A stretch of 36,703 bases of DNA from Craspedostauros australis. Its lineage: Eukaryota. The stretch lies in the NCBI GenBank assembly GCA_030167865.1, contig JALAGF010001144.1:1-36703 (forward strand). The letters are read 5' to 3'. The notes under the pieces are model-generated. The model ran no database searches. It saw nothing but the letters and a program-made list of their open reading frames with translations, and was not told the origin of the DNA. Each line of letters opens with the position of its first letter. Positions within the stretch are counted from its first letter, which is position 1. Shown here one piece after another: positions 1-10,758 of this stretch. Both the position numbers and the translations under genes were made by a program.

Positions 1-1142
1 CTGTGTTCACAAAGTCACAGCCGACGACATGATACCAAAACGGATACTACCGACAGAAGTATCTCAACAGCCAACTGCTGTGTCACCGTTCACATCAAAG
101 GGATACTTCTGTCCTTGTTTTGTTGGGATTTTGTAGAAAACAATTTTGTCAATTTTGCGTATGTATTGGTACTATTTGGGTAGTACTATTATTAAGCGAC
201 AACAATACTGAGCATACTATAGTACCATCGCAACGATATCATGAACGTATCTGTCGGAATCGTCGTTCTGTTACGACAATGAAGTTTGTCGCCTCGAGAC
301 ACTCAAACGGAGATACTGCACGAAAGAATAATTACAGTTTATTTGCTCAATACGTGATTTCTGAGAAAGTGTCAAAGTTCCACAATTCCTCGTGCGAAAC
401 CAACCACACAATCCCACCGCCTCTGTCAGCGTCCACAACGAGAATCGATCCGACACGGAACAGATCGTCTGCGTCACACGGTTCCAAATGAGAACCCCAA
501 GCGCAACAAAGCTTGGGAAAATTGACCCAAACTCCCCTCAATTCACCCTTCAATGGGATGGCTTGCTCGTAGAAGTGATAAAGTCTAAGCTATTTGATTG
601 GCTGGGGTCGCCGGCCATGCCAAAAAATAGCCACTCGAACCCCTCTAATGGGAACGAGGACACGTCGTCTTTCTGCAGATTCCGATCGCCACAGAGTGCT
701 CAACACGAGCCATGGGTGTGAATGGCGTGATGGATTCGGTTCTCCTTCGGAGAGGCTCGGTTCCACTCCGCAGTTGCGCTTGCAAATGCGATGAGAGCGA
801 TGCGGTAGCAAGTGGCTCCGCAGATAGATGGCAAGAGAACGCTGCCCACAAGAGAGGTAGTTCGTAGTACGGACATGCCCATGGACATGCCCATTTCCTC
901 CGTTGCAGTACTACTACTTTACTGTTCTCTTCCATTGTCCACTTCCGTGCACTTGTTTGTGCGCATTCCTGTGCATGTTGGTTCGTATAGAGTGATACTA
1001 TGCTAGTATAATATGATAGTGATATTGTGATGCTCTATTCCAGTGTGCTATGAGTATTACCCAATGCTACTCGTATGCTCCTATACTCCTATGCTACTCG
1101 TATGATATGTGCTGCAAGTATTATATTCTATTATATAATAGA

Positions 1143-2390
1143 TCATGCTGCGATTGGGACGTTTCTCTTGTTGCCTGCGAGAAGCCCCTTGATATGCGAT
1201 GCGCTGATCCTCTTCTTCTTGATGGGAGAGAGGACGTCGGCAAAGCGGAACCTGCTTCCCTTGCTGCTGTTGGGTGTCGCTGTTGTGTGCGTGTCTGTGA
1301 CTGCTGTGGTTGGAGGGGACATGAGGATAGCGTGGTGCAGAGGTGGTGTTCTCATGTGCGAGAGGACCTTGCTGAATGGCGACTTGTGCGTGCGCTGGTG
1401 CTCCTTGAGCGGTGTGCCTGTGCCCGTTGCCGATGATGGCGTGGTGGGTGGAAGCATGAAGGGGTGAGGCGACTTGCGAGGCAGGATCTTGCCCAGCGGC
1501 CGAGAGGAAGGCGGTGTGGCATCGACTGGCGTGATTGGCAGAGGGATGCGGAGGGAGGGCCTTGATCGCATGGAAGGAGTGGAGCAGAGGGCGGCGTCCG
1601 AGATGGGAGACGATGGGGAAGGGCTGAAGACGGCGGATTGCATGTTGCTGTGGCTGCCTACGTTGCTGTTGTTGAGCTCGGTGCTTCCGTCGCAATCATC
1701 GTGCAGATCGAGGATGTCCATGCAATCATCGACGACGCTCTGGAGGTGCTGCAGCCGCTTCTGCTGCGACAGGCGCCTTCTTCGGTGCTCCTGGTGGCAC
1801 TCCTGACGCTGCTGCTGCAGCTGCACGTGGTGGTCCATGGCCGCGAGCAGGATGGCGCGCGTGAGACAGGGCTGCGTGTGCTTGGTGTAGACCTTGGCGA
1901 TGGTGACGGGGAAGTTGACGCTCTCCTCGCCCTGCACGGACTGCTCCTCGAGGACGGCTGCCTTGGAGAGATGGCGGCTCCGGATGCAGCTGTTGTGGAA
2001 GGCAGCGCGCGAGGACCCGGCCGTTCGGGACTCCAGGCCCCTCTGCATCGCCATTCTGCCGCCGTCGATGCGACGCACGCAGCGCTCCACGTTGTCCCGG
2101 ATGCGCTTGCGCTCCTGCTGGGTGAACCAGCTCATTTCCAATTCCTTCTTGGTGTAGTCCTTGTAGTGCAGAGTCACGCGTCCTCTCACCAGAGCATCGA
2201 ATCTCACTTGCTTCTGTGGTCTCTGCTGTCTCTGCTGTTGTGTTGTTCCCATGGTTGCTCTGTTGCTACCGTGGCTACTACTACTGCTACTGCTTGTTGT
2301 TGATGTTGTGGATGTTGTGGACGCTATCGATGAAGTGGAAGTATTGTAAGTCTTGGTAGGGGAGCACATGCTGCTGGTATGTCTCGCCAT
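1143..2390 (-). CDS. Diatom-type hypothetical protein (VRF...W...RGLE...VLEEQ...IA.VY family), 415 aa
   Basis: Long ORF. The core KQVRFD...HYKDYTKKELEMSWFTQQE...RGLESRT...AAVLEEQ...IAKVYTKHTQPCLTRAILLAAMD follows the pattern of a large uncharacterised diatom family (recognised from memory). Flanks are S/T/P/Q low-complexity. Confidence 0.8.
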   Translation of the reverse strand: MARHTSSMCSPTKTYNTSTSSIASTTSTTSTTSSSSSSSHGSNRATMGTTQQQRQQRPQKQVRFDALVRGRVTLHYKDYTKKELEMSWFTQQERKRIRDNVERCVRRIDGGRMAMQRGLESRTAGSSRAAFHNSCIRSRHLSKAAVLEEQSVQGEESVNFPVTIAKVYTKHTQPCLTRAILLAAMDHHVQLQQQRQECHQEHRRRRLSQQKRLQHLQSVVDDCMDILDLHDDCDGSTELNNSNVGSHSNMQSAVFSPSPSSPISDAALCSTPSMRSRPSLRIPLPITPVDATPPSSRPLGKILPRKSPHPFMLPPTTPSSATGTGTPLKEHQRTHKSPFSKVLSHMRTPPLHHAILMSPPTTAVTDTHTTATPNSSKGSRFRFADVLSPIKKKRISASHIKGLLAGNKRNVPIAA

Positions 2391-5300
2391 CTTGTCTTTG
2401 CTTCTATTCTTGCTATGCTTGTTATGCTTGTTATGCTTGCTATTGTTATATTACGCTCCAGAGTGGGTAGAGTTGGGGCTGTTGTTGGGATTATGGGGAT
2501 GGTTGCGAGAGTTGCGACGGATGCGAGGGTTGTGGTAACTGTGGTAACTGTGGTGGGATGAGCTTCAGCCTGTCTTTGTGGAGAGATGCACTTTCTGAGG
2601 CTGTGATTGATTGTGATGGTGGTTGTGATGGTTGGTGCAGAGCCGGTGATGTGGCGATGTGACGGACCTGGCTGACGGGCTTGTTGTGCTGTTGTGCTCC
2701 AAACACCGCACTTCGCGTCCTCGTGTTTTGGTGAGCTGGTGTGGACTGTGCCAACCCCCCTGCCGTGTTCTTCCTCGCGTTGCTTCAACAGGGATGCAAA
2801 CGGTGTCGTGGTACAACAGAACTCACGTTTCAATTCCGTTGCACCGCCGTGTTGTTCCGCGTTCTCTCTTCCACGCGTGATGGCAATCTTCCATCATCTG
2901 CGCTGGTTTTTCCTTCATTTCGCACTCGGATGCGCACAGCACCACAGATCCTACGCGTTGCCCAGTACGTGGAATGCCGTGCTCGCGAACCTCGCGTGTG
3001 ATAAGCGCTTTCTCCGCACCGTGACTCACACGCGAACGAGTGGATTCGAACAGCCTTTCTCCGTCGTTCTGTCTGAATCAGGTGAGGATTCGGCTTCGTG
3101 GAACATGCCAACAGGTCTTGCCTTTTGGATGACTCAGACAAATCCTTTGTTTGCACCGGCACTCATCGGGCCTCAACAGCGCTTCGCCAAAATGTCCATT
3201 GGGTATGTATTGCCATCATCCGCAATTCGTCCGCGTGTCGCTTTACGACTAACATTCAATTGCCCACGTCTGCCTCGCCCAATCAAGGTCCCTTCATCGA
3301 AGGTTCTCTCTTTGTCCTAACATGTCCAGCATAAATAGTCCCATCTCCAAAGGTTCAATCACGGAGGGGCTATGTTCCACACTTATACGACCATCAAATA
3401 TCATCAGTTCCGCCTCTTTGCTCTCTCACAAATCGCGGGATGCCCAAACCCCAAGGGCCAAACCCAACACACAACAATGTTCTCAATCACGTTGATACGA
3501 GCTACCGGTGAAGGACGACCTATCGAGACACCAGCAATCAGCCTTGCTTTGCCATTGGAGAGTACATACTCTGGACTGCACTCTACTCACGTGCATCTCC
3601 ATGGTGCCAACCAATCCCAGCCTCCAGTCCAACAGTAGAACAACTCCAACCTGCTGTTATCTGCTATCCACGACCTTCAGTGAGGAGCATGCACAAATGA
3701 GTACGCAGGTGCAAGAGCAGGAGCAGGAGCACTCTCAGCCCGCGCTGTGGAGAACGGAGAGAGTTGGCGCCCACCCTACGACTACAGAGTACAGTACATG
3801 GCTCGTAGTAGGACGAGATGCGAGCGGAGAGTAGTCGGACTTGCACTCGATGTCATGTTCCTCGGTTCATCTGTCACACGTGCCGCAAGTGTGCAAACAG
3901 CCTGTGCGCATCATTGTTCGCATGGTATGGTATGTTACGGTTTCGTTTGGTGCGTACCATACACGCGGGCGAACCATGAATATCCTCAGATTCATCAGAC
4001 CTCTCACGTTTTCATCCACATCTCAAAGAACAGCATCGCTACCACCGGCAGGCCTGAGGATGCAACTTCATCGTCCAGGGTGTCATGACGATCTGGTTTT
4101 GTTGTTCCCGTCGGATGACGAGCTACAAGCCATTGTATTGATGCTGCTGTCGCATCCGACCACAGCACTCTGGACTGCGATCCATAATCTACCTTTCTCT
4201 TCTCTTTTCTTCTCGACTCGTATCCTGCCTACCACTTCGTACGCATCGCCGAGTATCCAACAGCCGCACCATCATCTTGAACCGAGTTGCCATCATCTCG
4301 CCAGCATCTCGCCAGCATCTCGCCACTGACAATTCCCGGCATTCAGCGTGCTGACCATGTCACGATGAATCGTCTTGCTCGACGAGCTCTCAGGAGAGAG
4401 TGAGCGCTCTCCTCTCCTCTGCTTTCGCACGGATTGAAACCAAGTCTGCGAGCCCTTCGTCACTTTCGTTGCTGCAATCGAACGTCTCTCATGGCCGATG
4501 GTATAATACCACACAACAATGCAAGTCTGGATCCGCTCCCCCTTTCTGGCCAGGAGAGCGTGAAGTGTCGGTAAGGAGGAATCACTCTCGCAACATTGCT
4601 CCAGGGTCTATCAGAGGTTACCCCGACAGCCGGGATGAGAATGACACGGACACACAGTACGGCTCGTCATGTGCCGCCCCCTGATCTGCCGTTCATTCCG
4701 TCTCCATCGCAAATTACATCCACACCGAACACTGTGGCGAAGGCAGACGGAAGGCACAGAACCCCCCATGATCCATCGCTACCCCATCGCTCTGCCGTGC
4801 GGGAACTATTTCCACTTTTCTATCTGCCGACCACAAGTTCTTCGTACTCATGCTGAAGCTCGTACGACTATTCATAGCTCAGACCACCGCAGAGAGCGGC
4901 TCTGCCATCAATGCGAACGGCTTCTCCACCAACAATCCAAAGATGGGTGTCAATGTCAATTCGTCAATGTCAATGTCAATTCCAATGACAGAACGTGGTG
5001 TCAACAACAGCCTCAAGATCTATTATTGGCTGTTTGGTCGAAGCAGCTGACGAAACGACCATCGCATCAACGCGCGTTCTGGACGAGTCTGTCGAACAGA
5101 GACAGGGAGAGAGGAGAAGAAGAAGAAGCAAACCATCAGTACGCAGAACAAAGAAGGCGTCTTCCTTTGCTTGGTCTCCAAATGGAGTATTAGGGAACGA
5201 TCACAGTCGCGACCTTTGCGAGAACAGGGATGGGCGAGAGAATGCGATGTGCTGAAGAGCGACCGAGAGGGTGCGAACCGCCTCACCCTCTGTCTCTCCG

Positions 5301-6798
5301 TGGGCAAAGCACAAGCGTTGCCTTGGACCAAAACGATGTTGACACTCCGATACCCATCACGCTTTCTCCTCTTGTCGGATCCACCATTGGTTCCTGTCTT
5401 GTCCAGACAAGCGGCCTAGCCTGAACCATCAACTTTGGTTTTCTTTCTCGCCCTCCTCTCCCTCCCTCTCTGCTACGAGCCATGCAGTTGTTCGTATTCT
5501 CGTATTGCATGGTACGTGTCTGGCTTGCACCAACCAACGTCTCGGCCTTTGTCACTTCAAGAGATCTTGCGACGCGTATCAACCTTGACATCTGTTGTCG
5601 ATGAGAGGCTTTGGACGTGCAGAACAACATGTCCTCGCTGTGGTACGACAATTCATCGCAGCAGCGGCACTTGCACCAGTGGCATGATTCTACTGGTATC
5701 TTCGGACCGGATGGGTCAGCAATCATGGGGCGATGGGGCCGCCGTACGACCTACAAGAAGGCACCTCTTCTCCCTTGCTTCCTCCACTCATGCAATAATA
5801 CCTATTGAAGTAGAATGCCGTCTCGCTCTCTGGCTTTTCGTGCCGAACTTTGCCCACACTAGCTGCATCCGATCACATTCATGACATAGGTCGTATAAAA
5901 GATCGTACCAAACATAGATCGTGCTCGAGAACTGTCACGCTCCGCTTCCGTCTTGTGGCCACTTGTTCTCTCGGTTCCATTCAGGATCAAGCGGCCAAGA
6001 TGGCCTCCCTGACACTATCGGAAGGGGAAGAGTGCAGAGATTCAACCAGTCGTTCACCAATCAACCAACCAAGACCAACCGAAGAACAGCAACAAGGAGT
6101 AGCTCGTATGCTGCAGCGGTGACACCAACGCAGGGGCACAATCATCCACGCGCTCCTCAACGAATAATCCATGGGCGGATTGCACCTTTGCTTCCTCCAG
6201 GGAGCCCCGAGTAAAGCTCACCTCTGTCCCTTTTCCTCCGAGACACTCGCGTGGAACACTGATGCTTGTGGATGAAAGAAGGGTCTTGCGCCTTCGTTCT
6301 CTGTCTCTCTCGAGACAGGAGGATACACATCTCGCGTTGCGGAACATTGACATGGATGGAGAGGAAGGAATATCCACACACACACGCACGCAAGGACACA
6401 GCTGTATCCGACTCAAGTCCACCTCACCCCGCTCCAGACACATTCTTTGGCATGTTCTGCGGATGCAACTTCGCGGCAAACCAAGCTCTGCCAATACCTG
6501 ATTTGTTCAATACTTGTATCGAAGCCGTATGTTACATAGGAGTACAACAATGACACCACGCCACCAAACAGTACGTATGTGTTGAACGCTACTATGTTGC
6601 ACCTTTGTATTGCAGCTCGTACGGTGGTAGTACGTCTCTGTGGTCGCGCTCGTTGGTATGGCCACAAGCGCGCCAGAATGGAGAGAGTCTGCGCGCGTGC
6701 GTGCGCGTGACGGGAGAGAAACCAAACGACACTCCGGGTATGGATGGGAGACAATAGCGAGATGTACGAATCAACTTCATTCGTTCCCTGCTCTTCTG

Positions 6799-6874
6799 TT
6801 CAAGAACATGCGGTGCATTCAGGTACCAAAAACGACTTGCGCCGCTCTGGGTTGAACGCGGCATGCTCTGTCAT
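6799..6874 (-). promoter_or_regulatory. Candidate SECIS element (non-canonical, extended apical stem) in the SelT 3' UTR
   Basis: Minus strand reads AUGAC-AGAGCAUGC-C-GCGUUCA-ACCCAGAGCGGC-GCAA-GUCGUUUUUGGU-ACC-UGAAUGC-ACC-GCAUGUUCU-UGAA. It has a UGAC/UGAA tandem G.A core closing a 9-bp helix and lies about 395 nt downstream of the SelT stop. Confidence 0.6.
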
Positions 6875-7267
6875 TCGTTCCTATCACATTGCGGTGTACC
6901 GTGGCTTCCTCGTTCACACAATCGCCTATGCGCGGCGAGTGACCCGATTTGGTTTGTCTTGTCCGTGTGTGCTCGTAGATGGTACTGTCGGAGCTGTTGG
7001 TGCTCTTCCTTGTTGAATCGGCCAGGTCTGGTCGATTTATTGTCTTGCCAGTAACACTCTGTCTTGTTCCGTCGCAGTTCGTCGTTGCGCCAGTCTTCAT
7101 TCTCACGATTGCATGATTGAATGATTCCGTGATTGCGTGGCACCCTGCGTTGGGTCTGTCAGGCATGATACCCGGCTTTCCTTCTTCAACGCGTCTGCGC
7201 TCGTCCATCTCGGACAGCCAACGTCGGTGCAAGCAGACGACAAAAAGACGCGGACGCAGTGAAACGC

Positions 7268-8534
7268 CTACGCCTTCTGCACCAGTTTCAAACCTGCATC
7301 AACAAGGCTGGTGATGAGCTCCCCGCGTTGTGGGAATCTCCTCATGGCCAGCTTGCTGTAGATGACAATATCATCGTCAAGGATGATCTCGAAGGCACCC
7401 GTGACCATGTACTTGGAAATCATCTGCGGCAGGATGAGGTAGAGCACGATGGCGATCTGCACGGCGTTCTTGGATACCCCTTCGTACCACGCTGGCGCTC
7501 CCGGCATTCCGAACATGCGGAAGATCGCGGTGGGGCCAACGACGAAGAACGCGATGCCCGCGAGCTGCAGACCGCTGAGGATCTTGGAGATGAGCTCGAT
7601 GATGGGAGGTGGGGGATAGTTACTCCCCGTGATGTCCTCGTCGCGCAACTCTGGAAACTGCGATTGCAAGAACCGCTTGGTCTCGATGAAGTTGCGCTGC
7701 ATGCCTCAGCTGATGCAGAACTGCACGTGCACGCGATGCTGGACATCATCCACAGGCGGTTGCTGTTGCTGTTGCAGTTCTGGCTGCTGCTGACCCATCT
7801 CTTGCGACACCGCTTCTTGCACGTCCTGCATTGATGGTGCGGACAAGATGTAATGTAATGTAATATTATAGATGCAGTGACGCAGGATCGTATTATGCAC
7901 CATAGCAAAGTATGACATCGCATGGTATGGCATAGTGTGGCAGTGTTGAGTTGATTGGCGTAATAGTCATGTTGATCATGTTGCTCACGGTGAGAATGCG
8001 GAAGTCGAATGCAATGCATGGTGTTCTATAACATAATTGATCGAATAATAGGTCAAATAATAGGTCATGCACGCAGCAGAATTGGCCGGATGGTGTCATT
8101 CCCACCGATCCGTCAATCTAGCTTGTGCATCATGCAGACAGATAGCGACGTATTTTAAGCCGAATGCACTTGTGCAAGTCCAAGCGAAGCACTCGAACTC
8201 TGTAGGGAATGGAGGAGTACATCCTTGGCGAGAGTATGCTCCGCACTACACTGTGTGCTCGCAATCCACAATGCTCTGAAGCAAACCACTTCTTGCTTCA
8301 GTAATACTCGTAGAGTACTGCATGTGCAGCACACCACACCACCACACACCACACTCCAACACAAGGATGCCTGAGACTCACCTGCTCTTGGGCAAGGGCG
8401 AAGGGAAGCCCCGCCTTGCTGGTGCTGCCGATGTTGGCCATCCCGGACATGGCGATGAGGACGAAGGCGGCCAGCACGCAAAGGAAGCCCCTGCGTCCAA
8501 CCAGCGGACGCCGCGCGCCTCCAAGGATGCCCAT
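7268..8534 (-). CDS. SELENOT: Selenoprotein T (SelT/SelW/SelH Rdx family). Exons 8534-8382 and 7825-7268; Sec UGA at 7708-7706; about 236 aa
   Basis: ORFs 7706..7933 and 7268..7702 are in frame across a single TGA, giving VQFCIS-U-GMQRNF (a CxxU motif). Downstream GSNYPPPP, a hydrophobic segment and TGAFEI...YSKL...P match SelT (human CVSUGY...GENYLP...TGAFEI...WSKL). An upstream exon encoding a hydrophobic signal-like peptide (MGILGG...FLCVLAAFVLIAM...ALAQEQ) ends at CAG|GTGAGT and joins in phase 0 at TGCAG|GAC. Confidence 0.93.
7826..8381 (-). other. Spliceosomal intron of SelT (556 nt, phase 0)
   Basis: GTGAGT donor at 8381 and TGCAG acceptor ending at 7826. The interior is AT-richer with pentamer repeats, and splicing keeps the frame. 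Confidence 0.75.
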
Positions 8535-10626
8535 GGTCCAAAGTTCCCAGCCGATCACGCGATGGATGCTGGTCGTGATTCGGAAGTGTTGCGCAATCGA
8601 ACCAGTTATTGGCTGTTGCGGTTGCCTGCTCCGTTGTTGTTGGCTCCGATGCGTCGGTCGTTGTGGGGAGGTGCGGTCTTCGCTTGCGCAGGTCTTTCCT
8701 CTTGTGACTTTGTTCCGTCGCATGTGGAATTCTCGCCATGGTCACTTCGTTTTCGCCATCGTTGCAGTTCTTTCGTTTTCGGCTGGCGTTCGGTGCCCCA
8801 ACATAGATACGCTTTACATAGTATATCTATGTATAGTACTATACTATCGGATACCATAGTCCGATACTATTTTGGTACCATTGATGCCACACTTTCTCCA
8901 GAGAATTTGACCAAGAACACGTGAGAGCGCATCTTTGTTCGTTTCTTCCTTTCTCTGAATCTCGTTGCTGTTTGTTGCTGTGCACAGCTTCGTGTTCTGT
9001 GAGGCGGAAAAAGTATCTTTGTGTCCAGACGGGCGAATTGATGTTTGTTGACCATCGCACTGCGTGGAGAAGGACAAAGTTACGAGCATGCATGCGTTGA
9101 TTTCCTATAATCACATCAGAGAAGATGTTGTTCGACATAATTGAAACTGTCCCATAAGACATCATAGCGACATATACAATATGCTCCCAAGATACGGCTC
9201 AGAAAGCGCGTTTCGCGGTATCAACTTTTGAGACAGATGTGGCGCGCAAAAAGCAGTATTGGATGGCCTTTTCGCCCCAAGATTGTGTCGCAAAGTACTT
9301 GGGTAGCGCCGATCAAGTGCTGACCGAGGGGAAGACAAACACCTTTCGTCGATTTGTGGCACCCAAGACAACTGCGGTGGGCGGAACCAAAGAATGGCGG
9401 CGGAGTTGGGTTGCGACTCTTCGTGCACATGTGCGTGGTGGTGATCTGGCAAGACAAGAAGAGACAAACGACAAGGGCAACAGGAACAACAAGAGGAACA
9501 AGACAAATCACAAAAGAGAGCCAAGAGAGGAAGAGCCCTGAGGCAGGGATCCATCCACAAACCACGTCGAGGCGCAAAGTGCATCAAGAGGCAAAGCCGC
9601 GAGCGGAAAGGAGGGAAGGCCCGAAGCCGGGAGTGGGAGTAGCGGCAGCAGGAGTACGTTCCTTCCTTTGCCTTCTGATGGATTACATTGTACCATACCA
9701 GCGCGATACTATACTTGCTTGCATGGGCATTTGCTTGGCATGTGCATCTGCTTGATGAGCATGCTTCAAGGTGCCGGATGCTGCGGAAGCTGCTGCGAAT
9801 GGTGCGGAGGCAGGCAGCAACCTGCTGGAGACGCTGACATCGCAAACCGTGATTTCGCGTTTCCCCGCATCATTCATGCCTTCGCCTCTTGCCTGCTGGC
9901 TTCCATGCAGGGCTGGCTTGGTTGCTTGCCCACCAAGCAATCGCTGCGGCTGTTCGCCCACGCTCTCCATCATGGGTATCCCACCGAGGGATGCTTGAGT
10001 GGTCAAGAGCAACAGCAAGAACGTGCCTGTCCCAGATCCTCACAAAGCCAGGCGAAGTTCTCGAATTCCCTCATGATGCTCTGCTCTGCATACTCCTCCC
10101 AACAGTACAACTATCGATGCACGCCTGAAATCGCGCCAACATCCATGACGTGCTTCGCGTCATCACTTTCAACGCATCCATATCATCACAATACATGACA
10201 CATGATACACTTCAATCAACTAACGCTGGTTCTGTCTCTCTCTCTTTCTTTCTTTGTTTCTTTCTTCCCACGAACTGTAACAAAACTTGGACAGAACCAT
10301 ACCACCGCATTGTGTTGCGCCATCACAGATTCAGTTCCACTCCTTCCAACACCGAAGGCCACTCAAAGTCTAGTCGTCTGGATGACAGGGTGTGGTTGAC
10401 TTCACATCCCACATACCACAGACAACTTCCACATACCATACTCCCTCTGTCGCAAACTAGAGGACTCTGCTCTGCTCCGCTTCACTCTTGGAGCCTCACA
10501 CTGCCAGTTCCAACCGATCGTATCTGCAGCGGCGCAAGATTGGACGGCAAAGCATAGGCGATCACGTACTCGTACAAGGACTCAACTTGCGGCGTAACGG
10601 AATTATCCCATTTCTCTACCAGTGCT

Positions 10627-10650
10627 GAGTTGGAGTTGGAGTTGGAGTTG
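10627..10650 (+). repeat. (GAGTTG)4 microsatellite
   Basis: Read directly, upstream of the 10759 ATG. Confidence 0.85.
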
Positions 10651-10758
10651 AAGTGCTTCAGAACGCAAAACAGTACCCGGCCATACTATTATATACTCTA
10701 CTATACTCTGTCAAGGACGACAAGAAGGAAGAGCAATCGATCAATCAATCGACCAACC

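Noticed and set aside
3335-3373. Hairpin containing GGTTCAATC, reminiscent of a tRNA T-loop
   Set aside because: No cloverleaf, D-arm or anticodon arm can be built.
7259-7834. 191-aa plus-strand ORF
   Set aside because: Antisense shadow of the SelT coding exon.
7268-7933. SelT as a pseudogene with a premature stop
   Set aside because: The single TGA falls exactly at the U of the family's CxxU motif and the rest of the frame is intact.
9239-10198. Overlapping 75-230 aa ORFs between SelT and the His-rich gene
   Set aside because: No recognisable motif or consistent frame. A small spliced gene cannot be excluded.
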